64,000 nucleotides of DNA from Bacillota bacterium (GTDB taxonomy: Bacteria > Bacillota > Clostridia > Ch29): NCBI GenBank assembly GCA_040766775.1, contig JAXGPT010000006.1:4709-68708 (forward strand), given 5' to 3'. How positions within the stretch are numbered: the first letter of the stretch is position 1; each line of letters starts with the position of its first letter. The translations under genes and the position numbers were made by a program. This document shows positions 1 to 10,040 of this stretch, piece by piece. Under the pieces are notes generated by a model, which was given only the letters and a program-made list of their open reading frames with translations, had not been told where the DNA came from and searched no databases.

Positions 1-597
1 GATTTCGCCCTTATACTCTTCATACCTTACTCCCGCCAGCTGGTAGCGCTGTTTCCTTCTGAACTGCAGTGAAGCGAAATTGGGAACCGGGCTTATTATT
101 GTTTCGGCAAATATATTTTTAATGCCCTTGGCAGTGATATCGGCGATGAGCTTTTCGTAGAGCTTACTCCCAATTCCAAGTCCCGTCAGGCCGGATAATA
201 CCGCCGTTTTGTCCACCAGCACGAACTTTTTGGTGTATTTTTTGTCAAACCCGGGGTGCCAATAAATATCGTCAAGCCAGCCCGGATTGTACCTAAGCCA
301 GTCAGCTTTGCTGTAGGCCATTAAAAAGGCCACGGGTTTTTGTGATGTATAGGCCACGTAAAAGTGTTCCAGTTCAAAAATACGTGAAAGAAACATTTCC
401 TTGTACTTTAAAGGGTGGGACTTATAGTCGTCTATAAGGAATCCCAGGTCGGCATCCTTATTCTTCTGCCCAACGGTGGCTGCAATTCTGTATATCTCAT
501 TAACGTCTTCGGGTATGGCTTTCCTTACGCGGATACTATCAGCAAGAGTTTTTTTGTCGAAAGTCTGCTTTAATGCACCGGTAATCAGTTGTTCCAT
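1..597 (-). CDS. GNAT-family N-acetyltransferase (C-terminus beyond window start)
   Basis: Own minus-strand translation from ATG at 595-597: MEQLITGALKQTFDKKTLADSIRVRKAIPEDVNEIYRIAATVGQ...LVDKTAVLSGLTGLGIGSKLYEKLIADI.... The acetyl-CoA loop (GLGIGSKLY) is typical of GNAT proteins. RBS GGGGGAG lies 7 nt upstream. Absent from the ORF track because the frame is open at the window edge. Confidence 0.7.
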   Translation of the reverse strand, partial: MEQLITGALKQTFDKKTLADSIRVRKAIPEDVNEIYRIAATVGQKNKDADLGFLIDDYKSHPLKYKEMFLSRIFELEHFYVAYTSQKPVAFLMAYSKADWLRYNPGWLDDIYWHPGFDKKYTKKFVLVDKTAVLSGLTGLGIGSKLYEKLIADITAKGIKNIFAETIISPVPNFASLQFRRKQRYQLAGVRYEEYKGEI

Positions 598-775
598 GAG
601 TTTGCTCCCCCTTCTTTAAAAATTTGCGAAAGAGGGAAGTTAAGCCCCCTTTCCACGCTTACGAGGTTAGCTGACGGATTCGGGCCGAAAGAGAATGGCC
701 CTACCCCTGAAATAGCGGGATTCACCCCATTGATTGGTTCCCCCGTTTCCCGTACGGGAATTCAGCGAAACTGAC
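598..775 (-). promoter_or_regulatory. Structured 5' leader of unknown class upstream of the GNAT gene, with a terminator-like hairpin before the RBS
   Basis: Seen on the minus strand: a perfect 14-nt palindrome TTCCCGTACGGGAA; a GGGCC..GGCCC hairpin; and GAAAGGGGG..CCCTCTTTC followed by ATTTTTA just upstream of the RBS. No known riboswitch class could be matched confidently. Confidence 0.3.
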
Positions 776-1284
776 ATTTAAATACGTTCTGCCAATCTGG
801 CGGTTTATGGTATTTAAGCATAAAAATTACAAGCATTATACAAGACTGTATAATTTGTAAAAATGGCAGTGAATTTAAGGTTTTATGTCGTATTATAAAG
901 ACGGCGGAAGACTCGCGCATTTGACCTTGAAATGTTTTATAAATGCGGAGACTTACCGGAAATACTGCCAATGGTGCAACCCAGTGATAAAACCGACAGG
1001 GCTAAACCAAAATGTGTTACTTATTATAACATATGTAAAGCGGGCTTTCAAGAAACAAAAATCTATTTGGTATTTTTTTCGAAAAGCCCTGTATTATATA
1101 TATGCAAAGGGTCTCTTCTTTAAACACAATTTGTCCATTTTATCGTAAAAATCGGTGCCGGTGTTTCGGATGCGACCGACCGGTAAAAGGCCGGGAATAC
1201 GGTTCTGTATAAACCGGGGGATATGCTGCTGATTGCAGAACAAAAGAAATAATATATAATAGAATGTAGGCTGGGGGGAGTATA

Positions 1285-1914
1285 GTGAAAGCGGAAGATG
1301 TAAAAAGAATTATACAGGCCGGCAAAGCTGCACCGGAGGGAAAATACCAGGAATTTGGCGTTCTGGTTCCTCTAATTGAGACTCCAGGGGAATGTTGCGT
1401 GGTGCTGGAAACCAGGGCCTCCACCCTTAAGCGGCAGCCCGGGGAAATAAGCCTGCCGGGAGGTAAAAAGGAAAAGAATGAGACCCCGCTTGAGGCGGCC
1501 GTCAGGGAAACCTCCGAGGAACTTTCCATACCGAAGACCGATATTTCGGTATTTGGACCGTTGGATTACCTTGTAACTCCTTTTAATTATATAATTTATC
1601 CCTTTGTCGGGGAGATTAAAAAAGAACGCGTAGGCTGCATAAAAGCTGCCCCCGACGAAGTGGACGAGGTGTTTACAGTACCCCTTGACTTTTTCCTTGA
1701 AACACCGCCGGAAAATTACCCGGTGGATATTAAGGTTCAAATACCGCGGAGTTTTCCCTTTGAACTTATACCCAACGGGGAAGCGTACAACTGGAGGTCG
1801 GGAACCTATCCGGTCTATTTTTATTCGTATAACGGCCGCATTATTTGGGGAATCACCGCCAGGATACTCAAGAACCTGGCAGACAGGCTGAACGGACCAA
1901 AGCAAGAGGCATAA
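1285..1914 (+). CDS. NUDIX hydrolase, CoA pyrophosphatase-like
   Basis: Nudix box GGKKEKNETPLEAAVRETSEELSI (GX5EX7REUXEEXGU). Length is 209 aa with a GTG start. Confidence 0.85.
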   Translation: MKAEDVKRIIQAGKAAPEGKYQEFGVLVPLIETPGECCVVLETRASTLKRQPGEISLPGGKKEKNETPLEAAVRETSEELSIPKTDISVFGPLDYLVTPFNYIIYPFVGEIKKERVGCIKAAPDEVDEVFTVPLDFFLETPPENYPVDIKVQIPRSFPFELIPNGEAYNWRSGTYPVYFYSYNGRIIWGITARILKNLADRLNGPKQEA

Positions 1915-1990
1915 CATCCGATACATATTAAAACGGTAAAAATGAAAGAATATTATAAGCAGCCTAATGTCAGGAGGTGTTTTCGTTTAA

Positions 1991-2194
1991 ATGAATACCA
2001 GGGATGTTCTGCTTAAAATGGCTTTGGATTCACAGGAAAGGGTAAGGGACTTGGAGACCTTTTCCAAGCAGGTGGATGATAACGAGGTAAAGGAAGCGTT
2101 CCAGGAGTTTGCTGAGCAGACGGGACTGCAGTCAAGGAGGATACGAGAGCTGCTGGACAAATATGAAAACAATATGAGGAACGGTATTCACTGA
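1991..2194 (+). CDS. Small helical hypothetical protein (DUF1657-like?)
   Basis: 67-aa ORF directly followed by a strong terminator hairpin. Weak resemblance to DUF1657-type small sporulation-associated proteins (LETFSKQ...AFQEFAEQT). Confidence 0.4.
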   Translation: MNTRDVLLKMALDSQERVRDLETFSKQVDDNEVKEAFQEFAEQTGLQSRRIRELLDKYENNMRNGIH

Positions 2195-2195
2195 T

Positions 2196-2230
2196 AAAGG
2201 ACCTGCCGCCCGTGGGCAGGTCCTTTATCA
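2196..2230 (+). terminator. Rho-independent terminator
   Basis: AAAGGACCTGCC / GGCAGGTCCTTT 12-bp stem followed by TTTAT. Confidence 0.7.
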
Positions 2231-2383
2231 TGAGGGGAAAGGGGCACAGTAAAAAGGGGGAACCGAAGCGCACTTGTGGCATGGTGTTGATTATAAGGGG
2301 CGCTGCTGTTAAAATTAGGTTTGTACGTGGGTAAATACCGGCTTGTTTAAGAACAACATTTTAGATTACGGGGGGATGATTCA

Positions 2384-2850
2384 ATGAGGCAGACTGCCAA
2401 AAGGCCCGGCTGGGATGAATATTTCCTGAGATTGCCCAGGTAGTGTCCAAGAGGTCCACGTGTCGCTAGACGTTTTTACGGTGCGGTTATCGTCAAAGAC
2501 AGGGTGATAGTGAGTACCGGGTATAACGGCTCGCCCAGGGGAGAAGCTAACTGTATAGATACCGGCGTTTGCGCCCGAGAAGAAATGCAGGTGCCCAAGG
2601 GGAGCGGTACGAACTGTGTGCGGGAGTGCACGCCGAGCAGAATGCCATAATAAACGGGGACCCGATTAAGATGAAGGGTGCAACCATATACATAGCCGGG
2701 TTCGAGCATGACGGCTCCTTTGCGGACGGGCAGCCCTGTCTTTTGTGCCGTAGGATGATAAGAAACGCCATGTTGGGGCGGGTTGTTTACCTGGACCGGG
2801 AGGGAAATATGAAAGAGATAATACATTTAACGGATGTGGGCGGACGGTGA
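2384..2850 (+). pseudogene. comEB: dCMP deaminase (ComEB-type), at least 3 frame breaks
   Basis: MRQTAKRPGWDEYFL... then out of frame. Family strings appear in three different frames: VVSKRSTC, GAVIVKDRVIVSTGYNGSPRG, YELCAGVHAEQNAIING, PCLLCRRMI. Confidence 0.8.
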
Positions 2851-3006
2851 CGGTACTGCCGACAAAAAAGTGAACAATCCGGGAGAATTTTTTCAAAAAA
2901 GTATGGATCAGTACGTACTATTATTATATAATTATGGTGTGATGTTCGGATTTTATTTTAATCGGGGGCGCTTTTAGTATTTGTCCCCCTAACAAAAAAA
3001 GGAGGA

Positions 3007-4308
3007 ATGGACTTGCTGGAGAAGTATTTCAAGTTGTCCGAGCACAATACAAACGTAAAAACCGAAGAAATCGCAGGAATTACCACGTTCATGACAATGG
3101 GGTACATAATCATGGTAAACCCGGGGATCTTAAGCGCTACAGGCATGGACTTCGGCGCCCTTATAACGGCTACTTGTCTTTCTACCGCCATTGCCACCAT
3201 CTTCATGGCGCTTTATGCGAACTATCCCTTCGCCCTTGCTCCCGGAATGGGGCTTAACGCCTTTTTCGCCTTTACCGTAGTGCTTGGAATGGGGATTAGT
3301 TGGGAGGCCGCCCTGGCAGCAGTATTCATCGACGGTGTTATTTTCCTTCTGCTTACGCTGTTTACGGCAAGGGAAGCAATTTTCAATGCAATTCCGATGA
3401 ACCTGAAGCTGGCAACAAGTGTCGGAATAGGGCTTTTTATTGCTTTTATAGGCTTTACCCAGGCGGGCATAGTGGTGGCAAGCGAAGCTACCTATGTAGC
3501 CCTTGGTGACTTTCACGACCCCAAGGTTCTCCTTTCGGTTTTCGGCCTTATAGTTGCAGGTCTTTTGCTGGCAAGAGGAATAAAGGGAGCACTGCTTATC
3601 AGCATACTGGTTACCTCTTTAGTAGGCATGATATCAGGGATTGTACCGTGGCCGGAAGGTATTGTAAGTCCTCCGCCAAGCCTTTCACCCATTCTCTTTA
3701 AGATGGACTTCAAAACGGCTTTTAATATTGGACTTATACCTATAATATTTACCTTTACCTTTGTTGACCTGTTTGATACCATGGGTACGCTGGTGGGTGT
3801 CGCCTCAAAGGCGAATATGCTGGACAAGGAAGGCAGGCTCCCCAGGATAAACAGGGCATTGGCGGTTGACGCGGTGGGCACCATGGCGGGCGCAGCCCTG
3901 GGAACCAGTACCGTCACCACCTACGTGGAAAGCGCATCGGGGGTAGCGGGAAGGCGGAAAGACAGGCCTTACTTCGCTGGTAACCGGAGTGCTTTTCCTG
4001 CTGGCCTGTTCTTCTCACCGATTGTGGCGGCTATCCCTGGACAAGCCACCGCCCCGGCCCTTATACTGGTGGGGCTGTTCATGATGGAGCCGGTTTTAAA
4101 GATTGACCTTTCGGATTATACCGAAGCCATCCCGGCGTTTTTGACCATCATACTTATGCCGCTTACTTACAGCATAGCGGAAGGTCTTGTTATGGGCGTA
4201 CTGTCCTATGTAGTGATAAAGCTTGTTTCCGGAAGGTATAAGGAAGTCTCGCCGGTGATGTATATACTGGCAGTGTTCTTTGTGATACGGTTTATGTTCT
4301 TTGTATAG
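3007..4308 (+). CDS. NCS2/AzgA-family purine (adenine/guanine/hypoxanthine) permease
   Basis: MDLLEKYFKLSEHNTNVKTEEIAGITTFMTMGYIIMVNPGIL...APGMGLNAFFAF is typical of PbuG/AzgA permeases. Residues encoded by 3948-4011 are read out of frame through a compensating indel pair (see findings). Confidence 0.9.
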   Translation: MDLLEKYFKLSEHNTNVKTEEIAGITTFMTMGYIIMVNPGILSATGMDFGALITATCLSTAIATIFMALYANYPFALAPGMGLNAFFAFTVVLGMGISWEAALAAVFIDGVIFLLLTLFTAREAIFNAIPMNLKLATSVGIGLFIAFIGFTQAGIVVASEATYVALGDFHDPKVLLSVFGLIVAGLLLARGIKGALLISILVTSLVGMISGIVPWPEGIVSPPPSLSPILFKMDFKTAFNIGLIPIIFTFTFVDLFDTMGTLVGVASKANMLDKEGRLPRINRALAVDAVGTMAGAALGTSTVTTYVESASGVAGRRKDRPYFAGNRSAFPAGLFFSPIVAAIPGQATAPALILVGLFMMEPVLKIDLSDYTEAIPAFLTIILMPLTYSIAEGLVMGVLSYVVIKLVSGRYKEVSPVMYILAVFFVIRFMFFV

Positions 4309-4447
4309 AGGAATGGGGACACACCGCTGCTACGCGGGTATTCCTTGCTGCGGAATGTCCCCGATCGGAATAATGGGGACACAATTCCGCTGCTACGCGG
4401 GTATTCCTTGCTGCGGAATGTCCCCGATCGGAATAATGGGGACACAC
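4309..4447. repeat. Tandem direct repeat, about 2.3 copies of a 60/63-nt internally palindromic unit
   Basis: ATGGGGACACA(ATT)CCGCTGCTACGCGGGTATTCCTTGCTGCGGAATGTCCCCGATCGGAATA starts at 4313, 4373 and 4436. Each unit can fold as GGGGACA/TGTCCCC enclosing CCGC/GCGG and ATTCC/GGAAT stems. Confidence 0.85.
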
Positions 4448-4527
4448 CGAGCAAACTTTTTCACCTCGTACATCAGGGCCCGTCTGCTTTGCAGGGGGGC
4501 CTCTTTAAAAAGCAAGGAGGTTTTTAC

Positions 4528-6233
4528 ATGGGTTATAAAAGTGAAAGGCTTATGGATGTCGCCCTAAAAAAAGGAAGGCTGAACGGGTCCTAAAAAAACT
4601 GCAGGGTTGTCAACGTCTTTTCCGGTGAAATAGAGGAAGGGGACGTGGCGCTGCAGGATGGATATACTGCCGGTGTTGGCCGGTTTGATGGTATCGAGGA
4701 GGAGGACCTTGGCGGAAAAATAGTGTGCCCCGGTTTTATAGACAGCCACGTCCATATCGAATCCGCCATGGTAACCCCGCCGGTGTTTGCATCGGTGGTG
4801 GTTGCAAGGGGCACAACCTCGGTGATAGCGGACCCCCCATGAGATAGCCAACGTGCTGGGCGCTGCCGGCATAGAATACATGATAAGGTCCAGCAGGGAC
4901 TTGTCCCTTACCGTCCATGTAATGGTACCCTCCTGCGTTCCCGCCACTTCCTTTGAGACTAGCGGCGCTGAAATTTCATCCCTGGACATAAAAGAACTCT
5001 TGGGAAGGGAAGGGATACTGGGTCTCGGGGAAATGATGAACTATCTGGAGTGCTTTGCCGGGGACCCGGAGGTGCTTGCCAAGATATCCGCCGCCGCAGG
5101 CCGGATTATAGACAGGCACGGCGCCCGGCCTTTCGGGGGATGGATTGAACGTACCGCCTGGCGGGAATAACCACCGACCATGAGTGTATTAATGCCGAGG
5201 AGGCAGGAAGGGTACGCCTGGGCATGTACGTCGCCATACGGGGGAGGGGACGGCAGCCAGGAACCTGGAAAGTCTTCTGCCCGCCGTAAACCGGAATAAC
5301 TGTTGGTATTTTATGTTCTGCACCGATGACCGGCACCTGGAGGATATAATGACCGAGGGGCATATTGACCACTGTATACGAAAGGCGATAAACCTGGGTC
5401 TTGACCCGGTTACCTGCGAGTGGAGGATGGCCACCATAAATCCCGCCCGGTGCTATAACCTTAAGGACCAGGGAGCGGTTGCCCCCGGCTTTCGGGGGAC
5501 CTGGCGGTGGACAGCCCAATGACTCAGTGGAAAGCGTATATGTTATGGGACAAAAAGTTGCCGAAAAGGAGAGAATGCTGGCCGGCCCGGCGGGAGAGGA
5601 GGCCACTGTGCCCGGGGGCAGCTCGATAAACATGGCTCCCTTGGGAGCGGACGCCTTTAAGGTAAGGTCTAAAAGCCCAAGGGTGCCGGTGATAAAAATA
5701 ATACCCGGGTCCATAGCAACCGGGTCGGAATACGTTGAAATGGACGTCGGGGAAGACGGCCTTAAGCCGCCTTCGGGTAGCGATATACTGAAAATAGCGG
5801 TGGTGGAAAGGCACAGGGCCACCGGAAAGGTTTCCACCGCCTTCATAATCGGCCTTGGCCTTAAAAACGGGGCCATTGCTTCGTCGGTTGCCCACGATTC
5901 CCATAATATTATAGTTGTGGGAGACGACGACTCTTTAATGCTGAAGGCGGTTAAGGCTCTTAAGGAGTGCGGCGGGGGCTACTGCATAGTCGATGGCAGA
6001 AACGAAGAGACCTTGTGCCTGCCGCTGCCGGTAGGGGGCTTATGACCGGAAGTCCCGCCAACGAGGTGGGACAGGTTGGAAACGCTGCTTAAAAGGGCAA
6101 GGCAGCTGGGAGTGCCGGAGGATTTGGACCCCTTTATTACCCTGTCCTTTATGGCGCTGCCGGTCATACCCAGCCTTAAAATAACCGATAAGGGGCTTTT
6201 GATGTAAATTCTTTCAAATTTGTCGATTGGTAG
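4528..6233 (+). pseudogene. ade: Adenine deaminase, multiple frame breaks
   Basis: Family strings are spread over three frames: [42 protein letters not shown](H)EIANVLG, MVPSCVPATSFETSGAEI, GLGEMMNY, FCTDDRHLEDIMTEGHIDH, MATINPARCYNL, KIAVVERHRATGKV, SVAHDSHNIIVVGDD, LSFMALPVIPSLKITDKG. Confidence 0.85.
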
Positions 6234-6319
6234 CCTGTAAGCGGGCCGGTTATTGTGGTATAATTATTACAGACTATTGTTGGTAGTTGGCGGCCCGCAG
6301 GCAGCGGGGGTCACTGTAA

Positions 6320-8035
6320 GTGGGGAGCCTGTATGCCTGCGGTGATAGTGAGGTTGTGGGAAACCTGGCAAACAAGCTGGGCATAATAATCATGCTCGTT
6401 TTTTTCCTGTCACGGATTGAAGTTTTTAAGAAGCTCATACTGAAAAAGATAATATCCTGCGATAAATCCTGCTGGCGCTTATATTCGGGGAGGGCATCCT
6501 GGGCACCTATTCCGGTATACCGATAATGGGCTCAATTGCAAACTCCGTATCATAGCGGTGATGGTTGCAGGTATGGGGGCCCGTAGTGGGAATCGGTGCG
6601 GGATTAATCGCGGGGAATACACCGGTGGGCTGTAAACATAGGAGGCTTTACCGCTATGGCCTGCGGCATATCGACTGTTATTCAGGGCGGAATAGGGGTA
6701 TCTGCACCGATGGGTGGGCAACAAAAAGATAAATTACAAGTATCCTCTTGTGGCGGTAATAGTAGCCGAAATGCTGGAGATGCTGATGATACTGCTCATT
6801 GCTTCTCCTTTCAGCACTGCGCTGGAAGTTGTTAAGATTTAACTATACCCATGACTGCGATAAATTCCATAGGCATGGTATTTTCAATACTTATAATAAA
6901 CAACATATACGGGGAGCAGGAAAGACTGCAGCCATGAACGCACAGTTAGCAGGCGTTAAACATTGCCAACAAAACCCTTCCTTTTTTGAGAAAGGGACTA
7001 AACAACCTGTCCGCCGCAAAGGCTACCAAGATAATTCACGGCATGACGGACATAGACGGGGTGTCAATAACCGACACCGAAAAGGTTCTTTCCTTTTACG
7101 GGAATATTATCACATCCATGAGCATAGACAGGCCCATTGAAAACCCCGCGGTAATTGACGCAATTCAAACGGGCAAGAGCAACACGGTGAGCATGGCGGG
7201 GCCGGACGGCAGGGCCCAGAGCATAATAGCCGTCCCTCTTAAAGAGAGGAACGCGATAGTTGGGAGCCTGGTGCTTTTTAAAGAAGGCAGGGACAGCCTT
7301 GGATGGGTTGAGGAGGAGCTGGCCCTGGGGCTGGCGCAGCTTTTTTCCACGCAGCTTGAGCTTAGCAAGATAGAGGAACAGTCGCGTCTTTTGGCAAAGG
7401 CGGAGCTAAAGGCGCTGCAAGCCCAGATCAACCCGCATTTTTTGTTCAATGCCCTTAATACCATAGTATCCTACTGCAGGATAAGCCCCGGAACTGCCAG
7501 GAAGCTTCTTATTGACCTCGGGGATATCCTGAGGAGCAGCCTGGGTCACTACGGCGAAAATATAGACCTTTATACCGAAATTAAGAACATCAAGTCCTAT
7601 TTGAACATAGAAAAGGCCAGGTTCGGAAGCAGGTTAAACGTAAAATTCAACATACAGGAGGACTTGAACTGTAAAATCCCGCCGCTGCTTTTGCAGCCGC
7701 TGGTAGAGAACTCCATTAAGCATGGACTGGCCCCGAAGGAAGAGGGAGGGACTGTGGTGATAGGAGTATCCGGCGGTGAAGGGGGAATTCATATATACGT
7801 GGAGGACGACGGGGTGGGGTTTGAAACCGACAATCTCCTCGCACAGGAAGAGGAGGTCGGCGCCTACAAGAAGATAGGCCTTAGGAACATAGACAAAAGG
7901 CTCAAAAATATGTACGGCAGTGACTACGGGCTGAAAATAGAGAGCCAAAGGGGGAAAGGGACCAGGATTTCAATGCTAATACCGGACTACTCGGCGGACT
8001 ACAGCCAGATGACTGCCAAAGAGTTTATAGGTTAA
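6320..8035 (+). pseudogene. LytS/BtsS-type sensor histidine kinase (5TM-LYT + GAF + His_kinase + HATPase); N-terminal membrane part frame-broken, start uncertain
   Basis: 6986-8035 is intact and contains NPHFLFNALNTIVSYC, LLLQPLVENSIKHG and DDGVGF. 6320-6985 encodes TM segments (LANKLGIIIMLVFFLSRIEVFKKL...) scattered over several frames. Confidence 0.8.
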
Positions 8036-8044
8036 GACAAAAAA

Positions 8045-8076
8045 GGCGGATGCCTTTCAGGGTATCCGCTTTTTTA
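8045..8076 (+). terminator. Rho-independent terminator of the kinase gene
   Basis: GGCGGATGCC..GGTATCCGC stem followed by TTTTTT. Confidence 0.7.
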
Positions 8077-8123
8077 TCGTTTATCTTTGAAATGTTAAGA
8101 GGATGGGCAAAACGCCCATCCTC

Positions 8124-9752
8124 TTAAGTCACTAATGCTATTTCTCTAGCGGAGATTCTATCTTTGGTAATCTCCTTGTAACCCTGTACTGCCAGAACTA
8201 TTGCCAGTATGAACAGCAGAGCCGGGATGACCACAAGGAGGAGATTCCCTGCTGCCAGGTTGGCCTGCATCAGCTGTATCAGCGCAAGCAGCGTCACTAT
8301 CATCATGAAGGTCATGGGTATTGTGAACATGCTGTAGTTACGACCGCTCTTTTTAAGCCATACTGCCACCGAAAGCAGTGCAAGGCCAGCAAGCAGCTGG
8401 TTGGCGGAACCGAATACCGGCCAAATTACGCTCCAGCTTGTCATTGCAAGCCATCCGCCCAGCACAACCGTAATCAGCGTGGAAACGTACCTGTTTGCCA
8501 GCGGGTTCTGCTTTTCCTTGGAAGCATCGTAGAAAAACTCTTCCATTATGAAACGGCCAAGCCTCGTACCGGTATCAAGGCTGGTCAGCGCGAAGGCCGA
8601 TACCGCAAGGGCAACGAAGGATTTACCTATTTCGAAGGGTATCCCGAAGCTTGTCATGAAGTTTCCTATACCGTCCGAGAATACATTCGTGGGGCCGCCA
8701 TTTGCCGAAAGTTCAGCAAACTTGTCGGCGCCTATATGCGGCGGTAATTATCGCTATTGTTGCCGAACACCCTCTATAAGCATTGAGCCGTAGCCTATAA
8801 GCTTGGTGTCCATTTCATTGTCAATCTGCTTGGATGTTGTACCCGAGCCCACCAGCGAGTGGAAGCCGGATATGGCACCGCAGGCCACCGTTACGAAAAG
8901 CATCGGGAACAGCCACTGGCCGCCCACATTAAATGTGGTAAAGGCCGGTGAAACCATCGCCGGTCTCATGAAAAGAAGGCCCAGCACCGCACCTATTATC
9001 ATAGCATACAGCAGGTAGGAGTTCAGGTAGTCCCTGGGCTGCAGCAGTATCCATACCGGGGCGACGGATGCTACGAAGATGTATACCATCAGTATTCCAA
9101 CCCAGGCATTCTTGCTGGAGGGCCAGCGGGAAAATATTCCCAAGCCAAATGCAGGTAAACAGAAGGATTACCCTATTACGCTGCTTATACCAATCGGAGC
9201 GCCTTTTTGGTACACGAAATAGCCAAACACAACGGCAAGAACTATAAACATTACCGATGCGGAGGCAGCCGCGGGAACGGCGGTAAAGGTGTTGGCAACG
9301 ATGTTGGTGAAGGCCGCTATAACAAGCAGCAGTGTAAGCCATGCAAAGGCGGCAAACAGTTTTTTACCGGTTTTGCCCATGTTGGCTTCTATTACCTCAC
9401 CGATGGACTTTCCATCATGCCTTACCGATGCGAACAGGGAGCTGAAGTCCTGTACGCCCCCGAAGAATATGCTGCCCACGATAATCCAAAGCAGAACGGG
9501 CACCCAGCCGAATATGGCTGCGGCTATCGGTCCGGTTATCGGGCCTGCACCTGCGATGGATGCGAAGTGGTGACCCAACAGTATCGGGGCCTTGGCCGGC
9601 ACGTAGTCAACACCGTCATTCCTGGTGTGAGCCGGAGTTTTTCTATTTGGGTCAACTCCCCACTGCTTGGCCAGCCATGCGCCATAGGTTACATAGGCGA
9701 TGATAAAGCAGACGATGCTAATGAGAATTACAAACAATGAGTTCATAACCAT
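8124..9752 (-). pseudogene. cstA: Carbon starvation protein CstA / BtsT-like pyruvate-peptide transporter, split into at least 3 frames
   Basis: The N-terminal ORF (9168-9752) reads ...PAKAPILLGHHFASIAGAGPITGPIAAAIFGWVPVLLWI. The middle (8754-9143) and C-terminal (8124-8657) pieces are collinear with the CstA family. Confidence 0.85.
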
Positions 9753-10040
9753 CCTCCTTTAATTTTTGGTTTCGAAGGAAAAGCGTACCTGTATACGACA
9801 CCCCTTTACCCGGTTATTTGTACAACGGCGGTCCCGAGGACGCTCACGGGATACGTGCAGTGCAGACCGTTGTACGGGATATAAGGCCGAGATTATTTCT
9901 GGAAATACTGGCAGGACGAGTTCAAGTATTTTTATACATTATTCCAATTATAATTATAAAACAAGTAAATACGGATGTTTAGCTATTTGCTCCATCCTGC
10001 AATATATGCCTGCAACCTGCAAAATATTGGGGGTGTACGT

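Noticed and set aside
598-775. Cobalamin riboswitch assignment for the GNAT leader.
   Set aside because: Only loose resemblance (GGGAA..GGTGAATCC, GTCAG..ACCT). It lacks the CCCGC-ACTGT core, and the gene context does not fit. Kept only as an unclassified structured leader.
4309-4447. Possible small CRISPR array.
   Set aside because: There are only about 2.3 contiguous copies with no unique spacers between them, and no cas genes are nearby. It is a plain tandem repeat.
4206-4454. An 82-aa minus-strand ORF with a repeated peptide (SPLFRSGTFRSKEYPRSSG x2).
   Set aside because: It is the translation of the 60/63-nt tandem DNA repeat. It overlaps the permease 3' end and has no RBS. Treated as non-coding.
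2851-4527. A purine riboswitch expected upstream of the purine permease or adenine deaminase.
   Set aside because: I looked for the conserved TATAAT...ATATGG...GTTTCTACC...CCGTAA...GACTA pattern on the plus strand in both upstream regions and did not find it.
5106-5876. Long antisense ORFs: 256 aa here, plus 1372-1926, 12828-13385, 21088-21648, 23775-24275, 28976-29554, 29779-30471, 44687-45304 and 51032-51538.
   Set aside because: Each lies opposite a well-supported gene or gene remnant. They have low-complexity or Pro/Arg/Ser-rich composition and no RBS. They are shadow ORFs.
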